A stretch of DNA of 64,000 bases from NCBI GenBank assembly GCA_976226885.1, contig OZ320316.1:35278001-35342000 (forward strand). The letters are read 5' to 3'. The notes beneath the pieces are model-generated. The model ran no database searches. It worked only from the letters and a program-made list of their open reading frames with translations, and was not told the origin of the DNA. This DNA is from Iphione sp. A-MEVVRFRX5. Lineage: Eukaryota. The position numbers and the translations under genes were made by a program. Positions 60,911 through 64,000 of this stretch are shown in pieces. The first letter of the stretch is position 1; each line of letters starts with the position of its first letter.

Positions 60911-63900
60911 ATTGAGTTCTCTTACACTTACTGGAATCGTTCTCATCATATGAATTTGTAGACATCATATGCTCTGTGAGTGATAACTTATTGATGTATA
61001 ACATGTGTATAGATGTTGATATACAAATATGCTTAAACCTTTTATTTGTGCATCCGGAGTAAATAAGCGTTCCTTAGGTGTACTGTGCGACTTTGCTTGA
61101 GCTGAAATGAACAACAGTGAGCTATGTGGAGGCTGCGCTCTGAATTTAACCGACATATACCTGAAAAACTGCATCTCTAGTTGCGTGACCTACGGCCCTG
61201 TAATGACTGAGCTGGCTCTGACCAATACGGTACCACCCTGACCCACAGAAGCTATGCTGTATTTTTTTCAGGTTTAACATCATGATCAAAATATGCTGAC
61301 GTTCAGGTGACCATTCAATAAAACCACTCAGTCGAACATATCTGTACACTAGGATTCGAGGGGGCATCACAGTGAAAGTGTCACTGTGCACGCCGGTTTC
61401 TATGGCTAGGTTTTAAGAGCATACATTGTTTAATGCGCGATGCCCGAGCTAATGCGAGAGTCGCAACACGCAGCTGCACCTTCCCTAGGGCTGTTCACCG
61501 TCGGCAGAGGCTTATTCTACCAAAATGTCACCCTATATTTGGACAGTAAATTGTCAAAATGGCTCGCGTTAGCTTAATCAATACCGGATCTCTGCGTCCA
61601 TTGTGCAATTCCGTCCTACTGGCCCTAGAATCCCCCCCCAAAAGCGGTATGCCTAGCATAGACCTATGCTTCATTCATAATCTTTTGGTGTTATTAAGTA
61701 TAACATCAGTTTCACACTGAGGTATGATTAAACATAAAAGCTGCAGAAACATTACTATTCCCCATCAGCGTCCCTTCCCAAACAATAAAATGTAGGATCT
61801 ATTGCGCTTGGCATCTACTCACATGCCCACAGAGCACTGTGTGTGACACTAAATTGTGCAAAGTCTGCCCGTCGACGATGACAAATTCAAAATTCATAAA
61901 TAAACTACATAAATTCACTTTGATAATTAGCGTGATGTAAAACTATAGCCAGCCGTTGCTTCAGAAAGGGATACATAGATGCACGTTTGCATTCCAGTTT
62001 AGTTCAGTAGTTGTTTTTATCATGTCTCTAAGGATGTGTTTTTATGATTGCTCCATATTACTGATACATTAACGTTGTCGGGAGTGTCTTTATATAATGC
62101 CCAAATCTGCATGACCTTCAAATTCGTAATGTATGAAGTCCATTGAAATATTCTAGTATTCAATACCATTGATTATTTCAAAATTGAGGTAAATACACAT
62201 TGACTTGAGCTATCCCAATGTTCTCCAATCATATCATATCTTCAAGCATTAAATGCAACAACCTTACTATGACACTTGAATGTCAACTGGAAACTGAATC
62301 CAGTATTATTCACTATCTGGAACATAGTACTATTCTCTATCTGACGTTATATGCTCCAGCAAGACTCAATATGGAACTCCGTGATGCAGTATTCTGGTAG
62401 GTGTTGGTATTTTGGTACTCTGGCATCCGACCTTCGGTAGGAGTTCCCTAATCAATTTTGTTGATGATTATCTCAATAGTTCGATTGCAAAATATCACGT
62501 TTCTTTTATGAAAGCCTTTAGAGCATCAGATGTATATAAGGAGAGGAAATTCTTTGAATAAACAGACACCTAACATGTTGTATAGTTGGAGTGAACTAGA
62601 TGTTTTCATGTGGACTACTTTTACTTTTTAAACAAAACTATGCTCTCTACCGGGCTAATGTTACAATATTGTTAACATTAACAGGTGTTTCAGTAAGCAA
62701 ATAAGATAAATGGACAGTCAGCTCACTTTGCTCAGTGTCCCTTTTCCCGATATAAGATTATGAGAAGAATATTGGAATTCTGTATAGTTATTCCCCTATT
62801 TTAGTAGCGCACTCGTTTTTGATTTTGGAATGTCTAGGTCTTTTCCAACAAGTTGCATTCATATAGTCAAGGCGATTCACAGCTGCAACTCATCAATATA
62901 TGTATTTGACATTATAGTAATTAACATGTATAAGAACAATGTGCAATTATGACAGACATGGATGATACAAAAAGTCTTATATAAAACAAGCGAGGTCACA
63001 GTTATTAAATGGATCTCGGGTTTCGAAATAAAAAACAATAGTAGATACATGTAAATATAGAATGGTCTCGTAGAGAATCTATTGAAAATGTCAAGGAACT
63101 TTCTATAATATGCATGTGAAGACATTTTGACAGCTCTAGGTTTGCTATTAGAAATTCCTTAAAGTCCCTATGAATACAGCAATTTGTAGGGAGTGAAAAC
63201 CGCCATATCTATAAATGTTTAAGTAACTGTATTTGTATAATTCATGACATCATAGTCATAGTACATTTGCCATTTTACCATGGAGTACCAGACATTATAT
63301 AATCAGAGACCTCAGAACCTACGTAATTTGCCGTGTATACGGTGTACTGATGGAATACAACCCAAGGGCAATATGAATAACAATTGCCCAACGCCACGCA
63401 AGGTAAGGCATTGTGTAATTAGCATGTGGCATTGTGCATCCACTTATCCCTTGGATGTATGTTTAGTTTCGGGAAGGTATGAGACACAAATTTAAGGTCC
63501 TGTATCTACAGAACCAGGCAGGCAGGTAAAGTATACAGATACCCTTAGTGAAGGCCAAGTGATGAAATGAAACGTTTTTAATGTCGTAATTCACTTCAGC
63601 TTTACAGCCGTCCTAAAAATGCATGCCTGCTCCTTGGGTTTCGTATGGTTTATCGACATTATTGCTAGAACGTTCTGATGTATGCGTATTTTATGTGTAA
63701 CATTTCAGTTAAAGAAATGTACCAAAAATCATTGCTATGGTGCCATATTGATAAGAGCGTTTATATTGCAAAACCTACATTCTTTATTTGGAAACTCTGA
63801 ATCTGAGATTCCAACACAGCTGGCAACATTTTGTTTCTAGAAGTAGAATGTAAACATAGAATAGAGTACTATCTGATATGAACAGAAATCTGTATACAAC

Positions 63901-64000
63901 AGATAACCAATACCATAAGATATGTTTGAAATATACTGTTTGAGAAACTGGCTGATTGGATTAGCGTATACACTAACATTATTAACAACGCTCATACACT

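Noticed and set aside
63918-63938. miR-190-like sequence AGATATGTTTGA
   Set aside because: No complementary arm nearby to form a pre-miRNA hairpin, and the 3' half diverges.

Overview
This is animal (eukaryotic) genomic DNA, not prokaryotic. It has GT-AG spliceosomal introns, LINE and SINE debris and microsatellites. My inference is a lophotrochozoan, annelid-like genome. The one protein gene I can reconstruct is on the + strand: six exons in a consistent frame, 6057-31442, about 508 aa, with the first (signal-peptide) exon not found. It encodes a type I membrane protein with a SUEL/Gal_lectin domain, a CUB domain, a small Cys/Trp sushi-like module, a TM helix and a long Tyr/Pro/Gly-rich cytoplasmic tail. 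The rest is non-coding. Many short CpG-rich islands lie in the introns and across 47.6-61 kb, carrying CTCF, YY1/Pho-like, TCF/LEF, TALE, GATA, ETS, NRF1, CRE and octamer motifs and often flanked by purine/pyrimidine tracts. A transposon-rich block separates these zones at about 34-46 kb. The most interesting leads are: (i) a possible membrane/secreted switch at the TM exon (alternative acceptor, two G4 motifs, NRF1 and CTCF sites); (ii) two intronic islands built from the same four motifs in shuffled order; (iii) an oriented set of consensus CTCF sites; (iv) an orphan promoter-like island just after the stop codon. I found no CRISPR array, rRNA, intact tRNA or intact ribozyme, and I cannot demonstrate a new biological system from sequence alone. 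Coordinates were counted by hand; transposon boundaries are approximate.
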